A stretch of 64,000 bases of DNA from an uncultured Methylomirabilota bacterium (lineage in GTDB: Bacteria > Methylomirabilota > Methylomirabilia > Methylomirabilales > 2-02-FULL-66-22): positions 95,148 through 159,147 of the forward strand of contig CAWJSJ010000003.1 of assembly GCA_963845565.1 (NCBI GenBank), read 5' to 3'. The position numbers and the translations under genes were made by a program. Positions 1 through 12,400 of this stretch are shown here, one piece after another. Position 1 is the first letter of the stretch. Every line of letters begins with the position of its first letter. The notes under the pieces are model-generated. The model saw only the letters and a list, made by a program, of their open reading frames with translations, ran no database searches and was not told the DNA's origin.

Positions 1-1403
<1,403 letters not shown>

Positions 1404-1446
1404 TTACGTTCCGTTGACTGCTGCGGGACCCTCGCCTCTCGACCGG

Positions 1447-1737
1447 CTATTGCAGGATGCCGAGGACATCCTCCTCGCGCATGATCAGGTACTCCTCGTC
1501 GCCCAGCTTCACTTCGCTCCCCGAGTACTTCCCGAAGAGGATCGTGTCGCCCACCTTCACCCCCATCGGCTGCAACTTCCCGTCCTTCGTCACCTTCCCG
1601 GGCCCCAGCGCGACCACTTCCGCCTCCTGGGGTTTTTCCTTGGCCGTGTCGGGGATGATGATGCCGCCCTTCTTGGTTTCTTTCTCTTCCAGGCGCTTGA
1701 CCAGGATCCGGTCCTGCAACGGCTTGAATTTCTTCAT
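1447..1737 (-). CDS. groES: Co-chaperonin GroES
   Basis: [10 protein letters not shown]...[14 protein letters not shown]...KYSGSEVK; directly upstream of groEL. Confidence 0.98.
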   Translation of the reverse strand: MKKFKPLQDRILVKRLEEKETKKGGIIIPDTAKEKPQEAEVVALGPGKVTKDGKLQPMGVKVGDTILFGKYSGSEVKLGDEEYLIMREEDVLGILQ

Positions 1738-1983
1738 CGCATGATACTCCTTTCAAGGGTCGTGTGATGCTCGCGTTGCACCGAAGCGGTGCGTTCGCGA
1801 TAGGAACGTTGGCCCACTTGGGGAGGCGGTAGTATAGCACAACAAGCGCCTCCCGGCTCCATGAACCTCAGTTTATGCCGTCGCGACGATGCGGCGTGTC
1901 TTGGAGGGATGGCATCCACAACGCCGGCGTGTTTAGGCAGCCGATTCCGAGTGCAATGCAGATGCGGGGATTCGTGCAAAAAA

Positions 1984-2394
1984 GCCGGAGAGGGCCTGTA
2001 AGCCGGGTTCTGTGACGCCCCGTTGCCGGGGCCGGTGATCATTTCTCTCGATTCCGCATTGCTGCGGAACTCTAGCAGCCAACCCGGGAGTCTCGGACGG
2101 GCCGTCCTACAACTCCGCCTTGCGACGGAGACGCTCCCCTATTTGGCCTTGCTCCGGGTGGGGTTTGCCCTGCCAGCCCTGTCACCAGGGCCGCGGTGCG
2201 CTCTTACCGCACCTTTTCACCCTTACCCCGCCTCGCGGCCCTCACGGGCCGCTCTGCGGGGCGGTATGTTTTCTGTGGCACTTTCCCTGGGGTCACCCCC
2301 GGTCGGCGTTACCGACCACCCTGCCCTGCGGAGCCCGGACTTTCCTCTCCCCTCGTCTCGCGACGAGAACAGCGACCACCCGGCCCTCTCCGGC
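1984..2394 (-). ncRNA. rnpB: RNase P RNA (bacterial type A)
   Basis: Minus strand has GAGGAAAGTCCGGGCTC, GGAAAGTGCCACAGAAA and ACAGAACCCGGCTTA. The ends GCCGGAGAGGGCC / GGCCCTCTCCGGC form P1. Confidence 0.97.
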
Positions 2395-2451
2395 GATTCC
2401 TACCTTACTCCTTCTGTGGCGTTCGGTGCAACCCCCACGCTCCACGCGGAC

Positions 2452-2510
2452 AATGGACCATGGACGATGGACGATACGTACTGATGGTCCGTGCTCCGTC
2501 GTCCACGGTC
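2452..2510. repeat. Short tandem heptamer (ATGGACC/ATGGACG) palindromic repeat
   Basis: ATGGACC ATGGACG ATGGACG followed by complementary GTCC-containing units; intergenic. Confidence 0.45.
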
Positions 2511-2537
2511 GGGCAATCCAAATGCCCCTCTGCCGTT

Positions 2538-3482
2538 CTACTTGAACTTCCCGGCCCGCTCCAGGCGCAGGAACTCCATGAGGAACGCATCGCGGCGGGC
2601 CCGCACCTGCTCCGCCTTGCCGGCCGGCCAGTCGAGGAAGCCCTTCCCGACCTTGGCCCCCGTCTCCCCCTTGGCGATCTTCTCGTTGTGGATGGGTCCG
2701 GCTCCCTGCGCCTTGCCGAGATCCGGGATCACATAGTCCTGGACCGCCTTGACCAGCTCCAGCCCCACCAGGTCGGCGTGCTCGAAGACGCCGTAGACGG
2801 GGAGGCGCAGGCCGAACCCCGCCTTCACCGCCAGGTCCACGTCCTCGGCCGAGGCGATCCCCTCGGCCACGATGTGCACGCACTCGCGGATCATCGCGTG
2901 CTGGATCCGGTTGCCGAGCTGCCCCGGCACGTCCTTGCGCACCAGGACGGGCACCTTGCCGCAGGCCTTGAGCAGGGCCACCACCCCTTCGGCAATCGCC
3001 TGGCTCGAGCGCTTGCCCATGATCACCTCGACCAGGGGGATGATGTAGGGCGGGTTCCAGAAATGGGTCGTGAGGACACGCTCGGGCTTTCGACATTTGG
3101 CTGCGATGTCGGTGATGCTGATCCCCGAGGTGTTCGAGCACAGGATCGTGTCCGGGGCCGCCGCGTCCAGGCGGGCGAAGTACTCCTGCTTGACGGCCAA
3201 GTCTTCCGCAACCGATTCCACAAAGAGCTGGACCGACTTGACCGCCTCCTCGGGATTGTGCGAGGCCGAGAAGCGAGCCTGAGCCGCTTTCGCCTGGGCC
3301 GGATCGGCCAGGCCGTTTGCCGCCAGCGTGGCGATGAGCCCCTGCGCGGTGGCCACTCCCTTGGCGGCTCCCTCCGCGGTGCGGCTGACGATGACGGCCT
3401 CCTTGCCCGCCAGGGCATAGGTGGCGGCGATGCCCGGCCCCATCATGCCGGTCCCGGCGACGGCAACACGACGAACGTCCAT
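2538..3482 (-). CDS. 3-hydroxyacyl-CoA dehydrogenase family NAD-binding protein
   Basis: GTGMMG Rossmann motif, SNTSG, HFWNPP, PGQLGNR. Confidence 0.9.
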   Translation of the reverse strand: MDVRRVAVAGTGMMGPGIAATYALAGKEAVIVSRTAEGAAKGVATAQGLIATLAANGLADPAQAKAAQARFSASHNPEEAVKSVQLFVESVAEDLAVKQEYFARLDAAAPDTILCSNTSGISITDIAAKCRKPERVLTTHFWNPPYIIPLVEVIMGKRSSQAIAEGVVALLKACGKVPVLVRKDVPGQLGNRIQHAMIRECVHIVAEGIASAEDVDLAVKAGFGLRLPVYGVFEHADLVGLELVKAVQDYVIPDLGKAQGAGPIHNEKIAKGETGAKVGKGFLDWPAGKAEQVRARRDAFLMEFLRLERAGKFK

Positions 3483-3527
3483 GAATCTCCTCCTTGACAG
3501 TCATAACGCGAGGTTCGAACGAGAGTA

Positions 3528-3620
3528 GCCCACGATGCACAAGAAGCATAAGTCATTTCAGGGCCGGACTACACCCCGAGTCCAAGGCCCCTTCCCTTGT
3601 GCATCTTGTGCCTCTGTGGT
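3528..3620. repeat. REP-like imperfect palindrome (CACAAGA..TTGTG family), copy 1
   Basis: GCACAAGAAGCATAAG ... CTTGTGCATCTTGTGC; shares core TTCAGGGCCGG with copy 2. Confidence 0.6.
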
Positions 3621-3657
3621 TGACATCGGACCCCTTGGCGCCCTGCGAAATGCCCGA

Positions 3658-4095
3658 CTATTTCTTCTCGCGGATGCGGAAGTTGCCGTCGGCGTCGTTG
3701 TACCGCTCGGTCTGGACTCCTTCCAGCACCGTCAGACTCACCTCGGCCCGGTAGGCGACCACGCTGCCCGGCTCGAGATGACCGATGTAGGTCTGCTTGC
3801 TGTCCCAGTCGAACACGGTGATGTGGGCGTGGACGTCCCCGCCGATGACCGACCCCTGGACGCTGGACAGCTCGATGGGCCCGGTGAAGGCCCAGTACTT
3901 GTCCGCCGGGGGCAGGCCGGTGGTGGTGATGGTGTGGAGCTGGACACGCTGGAACGAACCGATCCCGCCCGTGATCGCCGCGGTATCGATCTTCTCCTTC
4001 TTGACGACCTCCTGGAGTCCTTCCAGCAGCGTGTCACCCCGGTCAAAGAGCACCAGGATCACGCGCGGAGAGGTCTTCGAAACGAAGTACTGCAT
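3658..4095 (-). CDS. PPC domain (DUF296) protein
   Basis: DRGDTLLE, GIGS, ELSSVQG, HAHIT, GHL motifs. Confidence 0.85.
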   Translation of the reverse strand: MQYFVSKTSPRVILVLFDRGDTLLEGLQEVVKKEKIDTAAITGGIGSFQRVQLHTITTTGLPPADKYWAFTGPIELSSVQGSVIGGDVHAHITVFDWDSKQTYIGHLEPGSVVAYRAEVSLTVLEGVQTERYNDADGNFRIREKK

Positions 4096-4168
4096 GAACT
4101 CCTCCTTTCGACAGTTGAGAGAACTCGCACGTCAACAGCCGAGCCGCCAAGAACACCGGGGAAGATTG

Positions 4169-4261
4169 GCCACAAGACGCACAAGAATCACAAGTGGATT
4201 CAGGGCCGGGGTGAAAGAGCTGAAGGCTCCATCCCCCTGTGCGTCTTGTGCCTCTTGTGGC
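4169..4261. repeat. REP-like imperfect palindrome, copy 2
   Basis: GCCACAAGACGCACAAG ... CTTGTGCCTCTTGTGGC. Confidence 0.6.
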
Positions 4262-4355
4262 TGGAAGCGGGCCCCGTGGCGTCTCGGCGGGGGATTCGCT
4301 CGGCCCTGACGGTGCCGGCCGCACGCATCCTCCTGGTCAAATCGTGGGCGCGTCC

Positions 4356-5630
4356 TCACCGGATCATCTTCGGCAGCCAGAGGGTCAGCTCGGGCAGGAG
4401 CGTGATGATCGCCAGCGTCAAGAGCAGAGGAACATAGAACGGGACCAATTGTCGCAGCACGTCGCGCATCGACACCTTCGCAATATCGCTGATCAGGAAC
4501 AGCGCTAGCCCCATGGGCGGGGTCAGGAGTCCTACCATCAAGTTAAAGATCGCCACGATGCCGAGGTGGACGGGATCCACACCCGCCTGATGGAGCGGAA
4601 CGGAGAGGATCGGAATGACGAGGAGTGTCGCGGTCGTGCTGTCGAGGAACATCCCGACGACGAGCAGGATCAGGTTCACGACCAGCAACAGCACGAGCGG
4701 ATCCTTGCTAAAGGAGAGCAGCCCCTGCGTGAACATCTGGGGGATCTGCTCGATCGCCATGATCCAGCCGAAGAGCGCCGCCGCCGCCACGATGACCAGG
4801 ATCGCCGAGGTGCTCTTGACGGTCTCATACGCCGAGTACAGCAGGTGGGCCGGCGTCAGCGTCCGATAAACGAAGGCGGTAATGAGGATCACATAGACGA
4901 CCGTGATGGATGCCGCCTCGGTGGGGGTGAAGAAGCCCAGCAGCATCCCCGACACCAGCATGATGGGGGTGAAGAGGGCGGGGATGGCGGGCTTGAGGTC
5001 GCGCCAGAGCTCGCTCCGCGTCGGCCAGCGCTCGGACCGGGGGTAGTCCCGCCGCAGGGCCAGGATCGCCACGGTGATCATCAGGAGCGCGACGCAGATC
5101 AGGGCGGGCACGATTCCGGCGAGCAGCAACTGGATGATCGAGACGTTGGTGACGGAGCCGTAGATGATCAGCGGGATGCTAGGGGGGAAGATCGGCCCGA
5201 CGATCGCGGAGGCGACGGTGACGGCGGAGGAGAAATCCTTGCGGAAGCCCCGGGCCGTCATAGCCTTCACCTCAATGCGCCCGAGGCCCCCGACGTCGGC
5301 GAGCGCCGCGCCGCTCATCCCGGAAAAGATCAAGCTGGCGAACACGTTCACCTGCGCCAGGCCGCCCGGAATGCGCCCGACGAGCGTGTCGGCGAACCGG
5401 AAGATCCGCTCCGTGACCCCCGCCTGGTTCATCAGGTTGCCCACGAAGATGAACACCGGCACCGCCACGAGCGGAAAGGAGTCCAGCGCGTAGGACATCC
5501 GCTGCCCGATCAGTTCGATCGGCAAATCGTGCATTAAGACATACACCACGGACGGGCCAAGGATGGACAACACTACCGGCCAGCCGAGCAGGAACAACAG
5601 CGTGAAGGTGCCGAGCAGTAATGCGGTCAT
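4356..5630 (-). CDS. dctM: TRAP transporter large permease
   Basis: FSGMSGAALAD, IFPPSIP, GFFTPTEA, GLLTPPMG; highly hydrophobic. Confidence 0.95.
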   Translation of the reverse strand: MTALLLGTFTLLFLLGWPVVLSILGPSVVYVLMHDLPIELIGQRMSYALDSFPLVAVPVFIFVGNLMNQAGVTERIFRFADTLVGRIPGGLAQVNVFASLIFSGMSGAALADVGGLGRIEVKAMTARGFRKDFSSAVTVASAIVGPIFPPSIPLIIYGSVTNVSIIQLLLAGIVPALICVALLMITVAILALRRDYPRSERWPTRSELWRDLKPAIPALFTPIMLVSGMLLGFFTPTEAASITVVYVILITAFVYRTLTPAHLLYSAYETVKSTSAILVIVAAAALFGWIMAIEQIPQMFTQGLLSFSKDPLVLLLVVNLILLVVGMFLDSTTATLLVIPILSVPLHQAGVDPVHLGIVAIFNLMVGLLTPPMGLALFLISDIAKVSMRDVLRQLVPFYVPLLLTLAIITLLPELTLWLPKMIR

Positions 5631-6247
5631 GGGTTTTGTCCGATCGACGCCTCGTGTGCGAGCGCTCGTTCGAGGTCGACCTCCTCCGGGGGCTGCTCCT
5701 CCGCAAAAGTGACGTAGAGCGGACCGCGACCCAGCGCCTTCACGCTCTGCACGCCCGACTCGATGGCGGAGACTAACAGGCCGATGAATGCCGCCGAGAA
5801 GAACACCCAGTATGGGATGCCGAGACTCGGCGTGGCGTTGTCAAGATTCCGCAACGTCGCGACCGCGACCGAATACGCGGCGATCCCGAAGGTGACGGTG
5901 GCCGTCGCCGCGATGGCAACCCGCAGGGGCCATTGCACCCCCTGGGGCAGGCAGGAGATTAGCTCCTCCATGCGGATATTGGCCCCGGACGAAACGACGT
6001 ACGGTAGCGTCACGAACACGACGCAGATCAACATGAACCGCGCCAGCTCCTCGGCCCCCACGAACGGGGTTCCGACGACCCCCCGCAGAAACACTTGCAG
6101 CGCCGGCATGAGGATCATCACGAATAAAAGCGCCAGGCCGAACCGGCGCAGGTTCCGCCGCAGCGGCTCCACGGCGCGATCGAGTGGGGCGCATGCGGTT
6201 GGGTCGGCGCCGCTCTGGGCACCCGGAGATTGCGAAAAATCGGACAT
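5627..6247 (-). CDS. dctQ: TRAP transporter small permease
   Basis: 4 TM segments, EELARF motif, between dctP and dctM; start chosen from the GGAG RBS. Confidence 0.85.
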   Translation of the reverse strand: MSDFSQSPGAQSGADPTACAPLDRAVEPLRRNLRRFGLALLFVMILMPALQVFLRGVVGTPFVGAEELARFMLICVVFVTLPYVVSSGANIRMEELISCLPQGVQWPLRVAIAATATVTFGIAAYSVAVATLRNLDNATPSLGIPYWVFFSAAFIGLLVSAIESGVQSVKALGRGPLYVTFAEEQPPEEVDLERALAHEASIGQNP

Positions 6248-6323
6248 CGACATGCTCCGGCGAGATGTGGATCGAGCGGGCTCGCCGGGTGCCGTCGGCA
6301 CCCGGCGAGCCGAGCCTCTCCTG

Positions 6324-7328
6324 CTACTTGATGGCGGAGATGCGGTCCATGTACGGCTTCCAGGTGGGGAAGTCCTTTGCCACCTCGGTGTTCACCCCCT
6401 TGCGGAACTCGTCCATCTTGAGACCCTCTTTGTCCGTAATGAAGGTCATCCCCTTCTTCTTCAGCTCTCCGATCAGATCCTGCTCGGCCTTCTGGCCCAT
6501 CTGTAGGCTTTCCCGTGTGATGCCGTCCAGCGCGTCCAGGATGGCCGTCCGATCCTTTTCGCCGATCTGTTGCCAGGTGCGCTCGTTGAGGAAGACCGGC
6601 AGGACATTCTGCATGTGCGCCGTGAGCATCACGTGGGTCTGCACTTCGTACAGTTTGTTGGCGTTGATCATGGTGAGCGGGTTCTCCTGGCCGACCACCA
6701 TCCCCGTCATCAGCGCGGTGGGCAGCTCGCTCACCTCGACCGGGGTCGGGATGGCGCCGAATCCCCGGACCATCGTCGTCCACAGCTGGATCGGAACCCC
6801 GCGGAACTTCTTCCCCTTCAGATCGGCCGGCGAATAGACGGCCTGCTTCGCCGTCATCTGGCGCGCACCGCGGTACAGGCGCCCGACAATGCGCATGTTC
6901 CCCCCGGCCAAGAGTTTCTTGTTGAATTCCTCGAGCACCTCCGACTTGCGTGGATCGGTTGCGGCCACCGCGTGGGCGGCGTCCCGATAAACAAAGGGCG
7001 CATTAAAGACCGCGATGTCCTTGGCCAGGCGGTCCAGCGAGGCAAACTCATGGTGCCCCATGGCGATGGAGCCACTCTTGACACCGTCGATCAGCTCTTG
7101 AACGCCGCCGAGCTGCGAATTCGGGAAGACGGTGACCTTGACCCGTCCCGCCGTGACCTCCGGAATCTTCTTGGCGACTTGCTCCGCGTACCAGAACTGG
7201 ATGTCACCTTCCGAGCCGACATGGGCGTACCGAAGGAGAACCTCCTGAGCCTCGGACAGGCTGGGCAATAGGGCGAGCCCGACGATCGTGGCCACTGCTG
7301 CTACCAGGAAAACGCTGCGACGAAGCAT
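6324..7328 (-). CDS. dctP: TRAP substrate-binding protein
   Basis: Signal peptide, FPNSQLG, DLKGKKFR, GQENP. Confidence 0.95.
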   Translation of the reverse strand: MLRRSVFLVAAVATIVGLALLPSLSEAQEVLLRYAHVGSEGDIQFWYAEQVAKKIPEVTAGRVKVTVFPNSQLGGVQELIDGVKSGSIAMGHHEFASLDRLAKDIAVFNAPFVYRDAAHAVAATDPRKSEVLEEFNKKLLAGGNMRIVGRLYRGARQMTAKQAVYSPADLKGKKFRGVPIQLWTTMVRGFGAIPTPVEVSELPTALMTGMVVGQENPLTMINANKLYEVQTHVMLTAHMQNVLPVFLNERTWQQIGEKDRTAILDALDGITRESLQMGQKAEQDLIGELKKKGMTFITDKEGLKMDEFRKGVNTEVAKDFPTWKPYMDRISAIK

Positions 7329-7527
7329 GTTGGCCTCCTCTTCTTGCGCTCGCGCGCGACCGAGAGAGATGTGAGCGGTGAAAGTTCCCTGATCACGACC
7401 CGCGCCGACCCGGCGGTCGACCCGCTCACGAACCAGCCGGTACTCCGTTTCCCGCCGACTCGACCGCGACGGCTCCGATCGCCGCCCGGTTTCCGGATTT
7501 TCCTCCCCTCTTTGCGAACATCACGCC

Positions 7528-8583
7528 CTACGACGCCGGTAGGCCCACCCCTCCAGGCCCCGACGATGCCCGGCAGCCGCACGATGCCCGAAGCACCAGC
7601 CGGGTGGGCAACACGGTGTCCGCAACGGCCGGTGCACCGGACGCCACCACCTCGCCCAGCACCTCCACCGCCTTCTCTCCCATCCCCACCGGATCCTGCT
7701 CGACCACCGTGAGGGGCGGCGTCATGGCCGCCGCCGACCGGAAGTCGTCAAAGCCGATCAGGGCCACGTCCTCGGGGCAGCGGAGCCCACGTTCGTGGAT
7801 GGCGAGCAGTGCCGCCTCGGCCATCAGGTTATTGAACGCAAAAAAGGCCCGCGGCCGCGGCGTCTCGTCCAGGCATTCGGCGGCAGCCTTGTAGGCATGC
7901 ACGGTTCGGCCGTAACCGACCTTGAGCCACAACTCCTCCGGCGGCACGCCACACTCGACCGCCGCACGGTGGCAACCGGCCAGACGGCCCTCCGTCGTGC
8001 TGAGGTGCGGCGTCCCCAGCAGCAGCGCCAGGGGGCGGAGCCCCTTGGCCAGCAAGTGGCGGGCGGCCTCGTAGGCGCCCTGCTGGTTGTCCGCCGTCAC
8101 CGAGGGAACCGACACATCGGTCAGCACCCGGTTCACGGCGACGATGGGGAGGTGCCCGTCGTAGCGCGACAGATAGTCGTGTGGGCCGGCCGCCGGACAC
8201 AGGAGCAGCCCGTCGATCTTCCCGTCCGCAAGCGTCCGGACCAGGGTCTCCTCGCGTGTCACGTCCTCGTCGCTGTTGCACAGGATGAGATTCCAGTCGC
8301 GCAAGCCCGCAGCGCGCTCCGCGCCCTTGACCAGCGAGGTGAAGAACGGATTCTCGATGTCCGGCAAAACCAGCCCGATGGTGTCGGTGCGCCGGGCCCG
8401 CAAGCTCTTGGCCCGCCAGTTCGGATGATAATCCAATTCCTTGGCCGCCCGACGCACGCGTCCGCGCACATCGTCACTGGTGGGCCCAAGGCCGTTCAGC
8501 ACGCGCGAGACAGTCGCCGTCGAGACCCCGGCACGTGCGGCAACGTCTTTGAGTCGGCTGGTTTTCGGCGTGTGTTCCGTCAT
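7528..8583 (-). CDS. LacI-family transcriptional regulator
   Basis: LKDVAARAGVSTATVSRVLN HTH; GFDD; PPLTVV. Confidence 0.95.
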   Translation of the reverse strand: MTEHTPKTSRLKDVAARAGVSTATVSRVLNGLGPTSDDVRGRVRRAAKELDYHPNWRAKSLRARRTDTIGLVLPDIENPFFTSLVKGAERAAGLRDWNLILCNSDEDVTREETLVRTLADGKIDGLLLCPAAGPHDYLSRYDGHLPIVAVNRVLTDVSVPSVTADNQQGAYEAARHLLAKGLRPLALLLGTPHLSTTEGRLAGCHRAAVECGVPPEELWLKVGYGRTVHAYKAAAECLDETPRPRAFFAFNNLMAEAALLAIHERGLRCPEDVALIGFDDFRSAAAMTPPLTVVEQDPVGMGEKAVEVLGEVVASGAPAVADTVLPTRLVLRASCGCRASSGPGGVGLPAS

Positions 8584-8631
8584 TCGTAGAGAGCCTGGTT
8601 GGCGTCGCCTCTGCTGTCTATCGTGGGTAAG

Positions 8632-8666
8632 TGTAAACGATTTCCGCTGGAATGTAATCAATTACA
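8632..8666. promoter_or_regulatory. Two LacI-type operator-like sites upstream of the regulator
   Basis: TGTAAACGATTTCC (8632-8645) and near-perfect palindrome TGTAATCAATTACA (8653-8666). Confidence 0.6.
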
Positions 8667-8795
8667 GTAATGAGTGGTCCAAATACCAGTTCGAGCCCGA
8701 TTTTTCAAATGAGCCCCTCACCATTGTGCGCCTTGGCAGACGATTGACCAAAAGAGCCTCGTCCAGGCCGAACCCGCCCCTCGCGGCGTCGCGGG

Positions 8796-9455
8796 TCAGG
8801 ATTCCGGCTGGAGAATCTCGACCCGGCAGAGCGCGCTCTTCCTGAAGGCGTCCGCATCCGCAACCGTCCCGACGATGGACCCGTAGTGCATCGGGATGGC
8901 CAGCGTCGGCCGGATGGTGTTGCACGCCGTGACCGCCTCGGCCGCCGTCATCACGTACGTTCCGCTGACCGGAAGGAGGGCCACGTCCACGCGGCCGAGC
9001 GACGCCATCTCCGGGATCGCATCCGTATCTCCCGCGTGGTAAACCCAGAGCCCCCCGATCCCGATGACGAATCCGACCTTGCCGTCGGCCTGGGGGTGGA
9101 ACGGATTCCCCGGCGACCGGAATTTGGACGTGTTGTAGGCCGGGACGGCGTGGATGGCGACGCCGTCCACCTCCAACCGGTCTCCGGGCTTCACGACCCG
9201 CACCGCTTTGGGGTGGAGGCCGACCACCGCCTCTCGACAGGCTGGGATCGTGACCACGGTGGTCCGGGGCGTGACGATCTTCGCAAGGTCGTCCACACTC
9301 AAGTGGTCGAAATGCTCGTGCGTCACGCAGGCCACGTCGGCCAGCTCCGCGGCCGATCCCAGCTTGTACGGATCGATGTAGACCACGATCCCCTTCTTCA
9401 GCTTGAACCCATCATGTCCGAGCCACGTGATCTGGACGTCCGCGTGCTCCAACAT
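8796..9455 (-). CDS. MBL-fold metallo-hydrolase
   Basis: THEHFDH, YHAGDT, IPMHYG. Confidence 0.9.
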   Translation of the reverse strand: MLEHADVQITWLGHDGFKLKKGIVVYIDPYKLGSAAELADVACVTHEHFDHLSVDDLAKIVTPRTTVVTIPACREAVVGLHPKAVRVVKPGDRLEVDGVAIHAVPAYNTSKFRSPGNPFHPQADGKVGFVIGIGGLWVYHAGDTDAIPEMASLGRVDVALLPVSGTYVMTAAEAVTACNTIRPTLAIPMHYGSIVGTVADADAFRKSALCRVEILQPES

Positions 9456-9472
9456 CTCGCGCCTCCACCGGG

Positions 9473-12400
9473 TCAGCGTTGCGCGCCGTCACCCCCGAAA
9501 ACTCGCTGAAAGACCTCGTGGACCTGGCCGGTGCGCGCCGCGTAATCGGCCAGGAATTGCGCCTGGGAGGAGGTGTCCGCCTTCGCCGGATACCCCATCC
9601 GCCTGACGAGCGTTTCCAGCTTGGCGGGGACGCTGGGCAGGGTGTTCACGCTGAGGTCCGCCACGATCCGAAGGCGCGTCTCCACTCGCCGGAGGAACCG
9701 ATACGCGTCACCCAGCGTGACGGCATCCGCGGCCGGCAGGACCCCCGTCTCCGCCAGCGCCGCGAGTGCCGGCAGCGTGCTCTGGCTCCGGAGCGCCGGA
9801 TGCGTCCGCCCGTGGCGAAGCTGCAGGTACTGCACCAGGAACTCGATCTCCACGATCCCCCCGCTCCCCAGCTTCACATGGGTCGCCTTCCCCGCTGTAC
9901 CGACCCGCTCCGCCGAGATCCGATGGCGCATGGCCAGGATCCGCTCCGCCAGATCCGGCTCCTCGGGCCCCTCGTAGACAAAGCGCTGCGCCACCGCCAG
10001 GAAGGCCGCCCCCACCCGGGGATCGCCCACGATGGGACGGGCCTTGATGTACGCCTGCCGTTCCCACAGTTCGGCCATCCGCTCGAAGTGCGTCTCGAAC
10101 GCCCGAAGCGAAACCGCCACCTCGCCCTTCTGCCCCCCGGGCCGCAGGCGGGAATCCACCCGATAGGCCGCGCCCTCCGCCGTGATCGAGGCCAGGATCT
10201 TCGTCACGCGGTCCGCCAGCTTGCTGAAGTATTCCGGATGACTCACCCGTTCGGGCCCGGTGGTCTGTCCGTCGTCGCCGTATACGAACAGCAGATCCAG
10301 GTCCGACCCGTATCCCAGTTCCTGCCCACCCAGCTTCCCCATCCCCACGATCGCGAACCCGGCCGGATCGGGTCGGCCGAAGCGCACCGCGAGGTCCTGC
10401 TCCGCCATGTCGAGTGCGACCTCGAGGCAGGCCTCCCCCAGATAGGTGAGCGCCCGCTGGGTGTCCGTGACGTCGGCCTGCTCCAGGATGTCCGCCAGGC
10501 CGATCCGCAGGTCCTCGGCCTTCTTGACGCGCCGCAGCGCATCCAGGCGCCCGCTGCCGGGGTCCGCCGCCTCCACCGCCCGCCGCAGCTCTTGCGCGGT
10601 GCGCTCCCGGCCATGGCGCGCCGCGGGCTCCGGCGCCAGCAGGGTGTCTATGAGCTCCGGCTGCCGCAAGAGCGTGGCGGACAGGACCTCGCTGGTGCCG
10701 AACAGACGAACCAGCAGACCCACCAGGCCCGGTGTTTCGGCCAGCAGACGCAGGAACGTCGTGCGTGCCGCCACCCCGGCGATGAACCGCTCGAAGGTGG
10801 TCAAGGCCAGATCGGGGTCCGGCACCTGGGCGAGCGCCAGGAAAAGCGGCCCCGCCAGCTGACCCAGGGCGCGCCGGACCTCGGGCGTGTAGCGCGCGGA
10901 CGATTGCCCCTCCCGCATGAGCTGCAGGTTCCGCAGCGCCCGCTCGACGTCCTCGAACCCGACGGCGGCCAGGCGGCTGCGCACCTGCTCCACGGGCAGG
11001 TCGGAACTGAAGAAGAGCACCAGTTCGTCGGACGGCGGGTCGGCGGCGCGCTCCGCGGCGGAGCGCGTCCCCTGAAGGAAACTGTCGTAGAGCTGGCGCA
11101 CCGCCTCCGTGTGGCGCTCGTAATCCACCAGCAACGCCGCTCCCGCGTCAAGATGTTCGGGCGGCTGATACCCCATCCGACGTCCCAGGATCTGGATCTC
11201 CTGGAGATCGTCGGGCAGCGTGTGGGTCTGCCGGTCGTGCAGGATCTGCAGACGGTGCTCCAGCCGGCGCAGGAAGGTGTAGGCCCGCACCAGTGCCTCG
11301 TAGTCCGGGTCGGCCAGCACCCCCTGCCCCGCCAACCGGTGCAGGGCGCGGAGGGTGTTGGCCTCCCGGAGCCAGGGATTCTTGCCACCGTGCAAAAGCT
11401 GGATTCCTTGCACGAGGAATTCGATCTCGCGGATCCCGCCATACCCGAGCTTCACATTCCGTCGGGCCCGCGCATCTTGCGCCACGCTGAGGTTGATCCG
11501 ATCCTTCATGGCGCGAATCTCGTCCAGTGCGGTCAGGTCCAGCGACTGCCGGAAGACGAAGGGGGTCATCATCGCCAGGAACATGGCCCCCAGCGCTGGA
11601 TCGCCCGCGACGGGTCGGGCCTTGATCAGGGCCTGGCGCTCCCAGGTCTGGCCCCAGGATTCGTAGTAAATCTCGCAGCTCCGGAGCGATGAAGCGATGG
11701 CCCCGGATCGGCCCTCGGGGCGCAACCGGAGATCCACGCGGTAGAGGTGTCCGTCGGCCGAGACCTCGTTCATTCCCTTGACCAGCATCTCACCCAGCTT
11801 CCGGAAGAATTCCTGATTGGCCAGGCGGCCCGCGGTCCCGCTGTCCGTCCCCGCGGTTTCGCCTTCCTCTTCGTACACGAAGATCAGATCGATGTCCGAG
11901 CTGAAGTTCAGCTCCCGCCCCCCCAGTTTCCCCATGCCGAAGATCACGAAGGGGCACTCGCGGGAGCGTCCCGCCTCCCCGGCGACCTGGGGCACTCCGT
12001 GCCGTCGGACGAGCTCGGCGCGACAGACTTGATAGGCCGTCTCCAGCGAGACGTCGGCCAGGTTGGACAGCTCTTCCGTGATCCCGACAAGATTCTGGCG
12101 TCCCACCAGGTCTTGCAGGCCGATGCGCAGGATCTCTTGCGACTTGAATCGGCGAAGCGCGAGCCACGCGCGCTCCAGCGAGGCGGCGCCGGCCACCGCG
12201 TGTCGCGCCTCCTCGAGCAATTCCTCCTTGCTCTTCGGCCGGTGCACGACGCCCGGCTCCAGCAGCCACTCGAAGAGCTGCGGCTGCCGCGCCAGGATGT
12301 CGCTCAGAAACTGGGAACTGCCGAAGATCGTGAGCGCCAAATGCAGGATCCGCGGATTGTCGCGGAACAGGCCGAGCAGAAAGCGGCGATCCAACACCTT

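Noticed and set aside
1740..1980. CIRCE/HrcA operator upstream of groES
   Set aside because: No TTAGCACTC-N9-GAGTGCTAA found; only an extended -10-like TGCTATACT.
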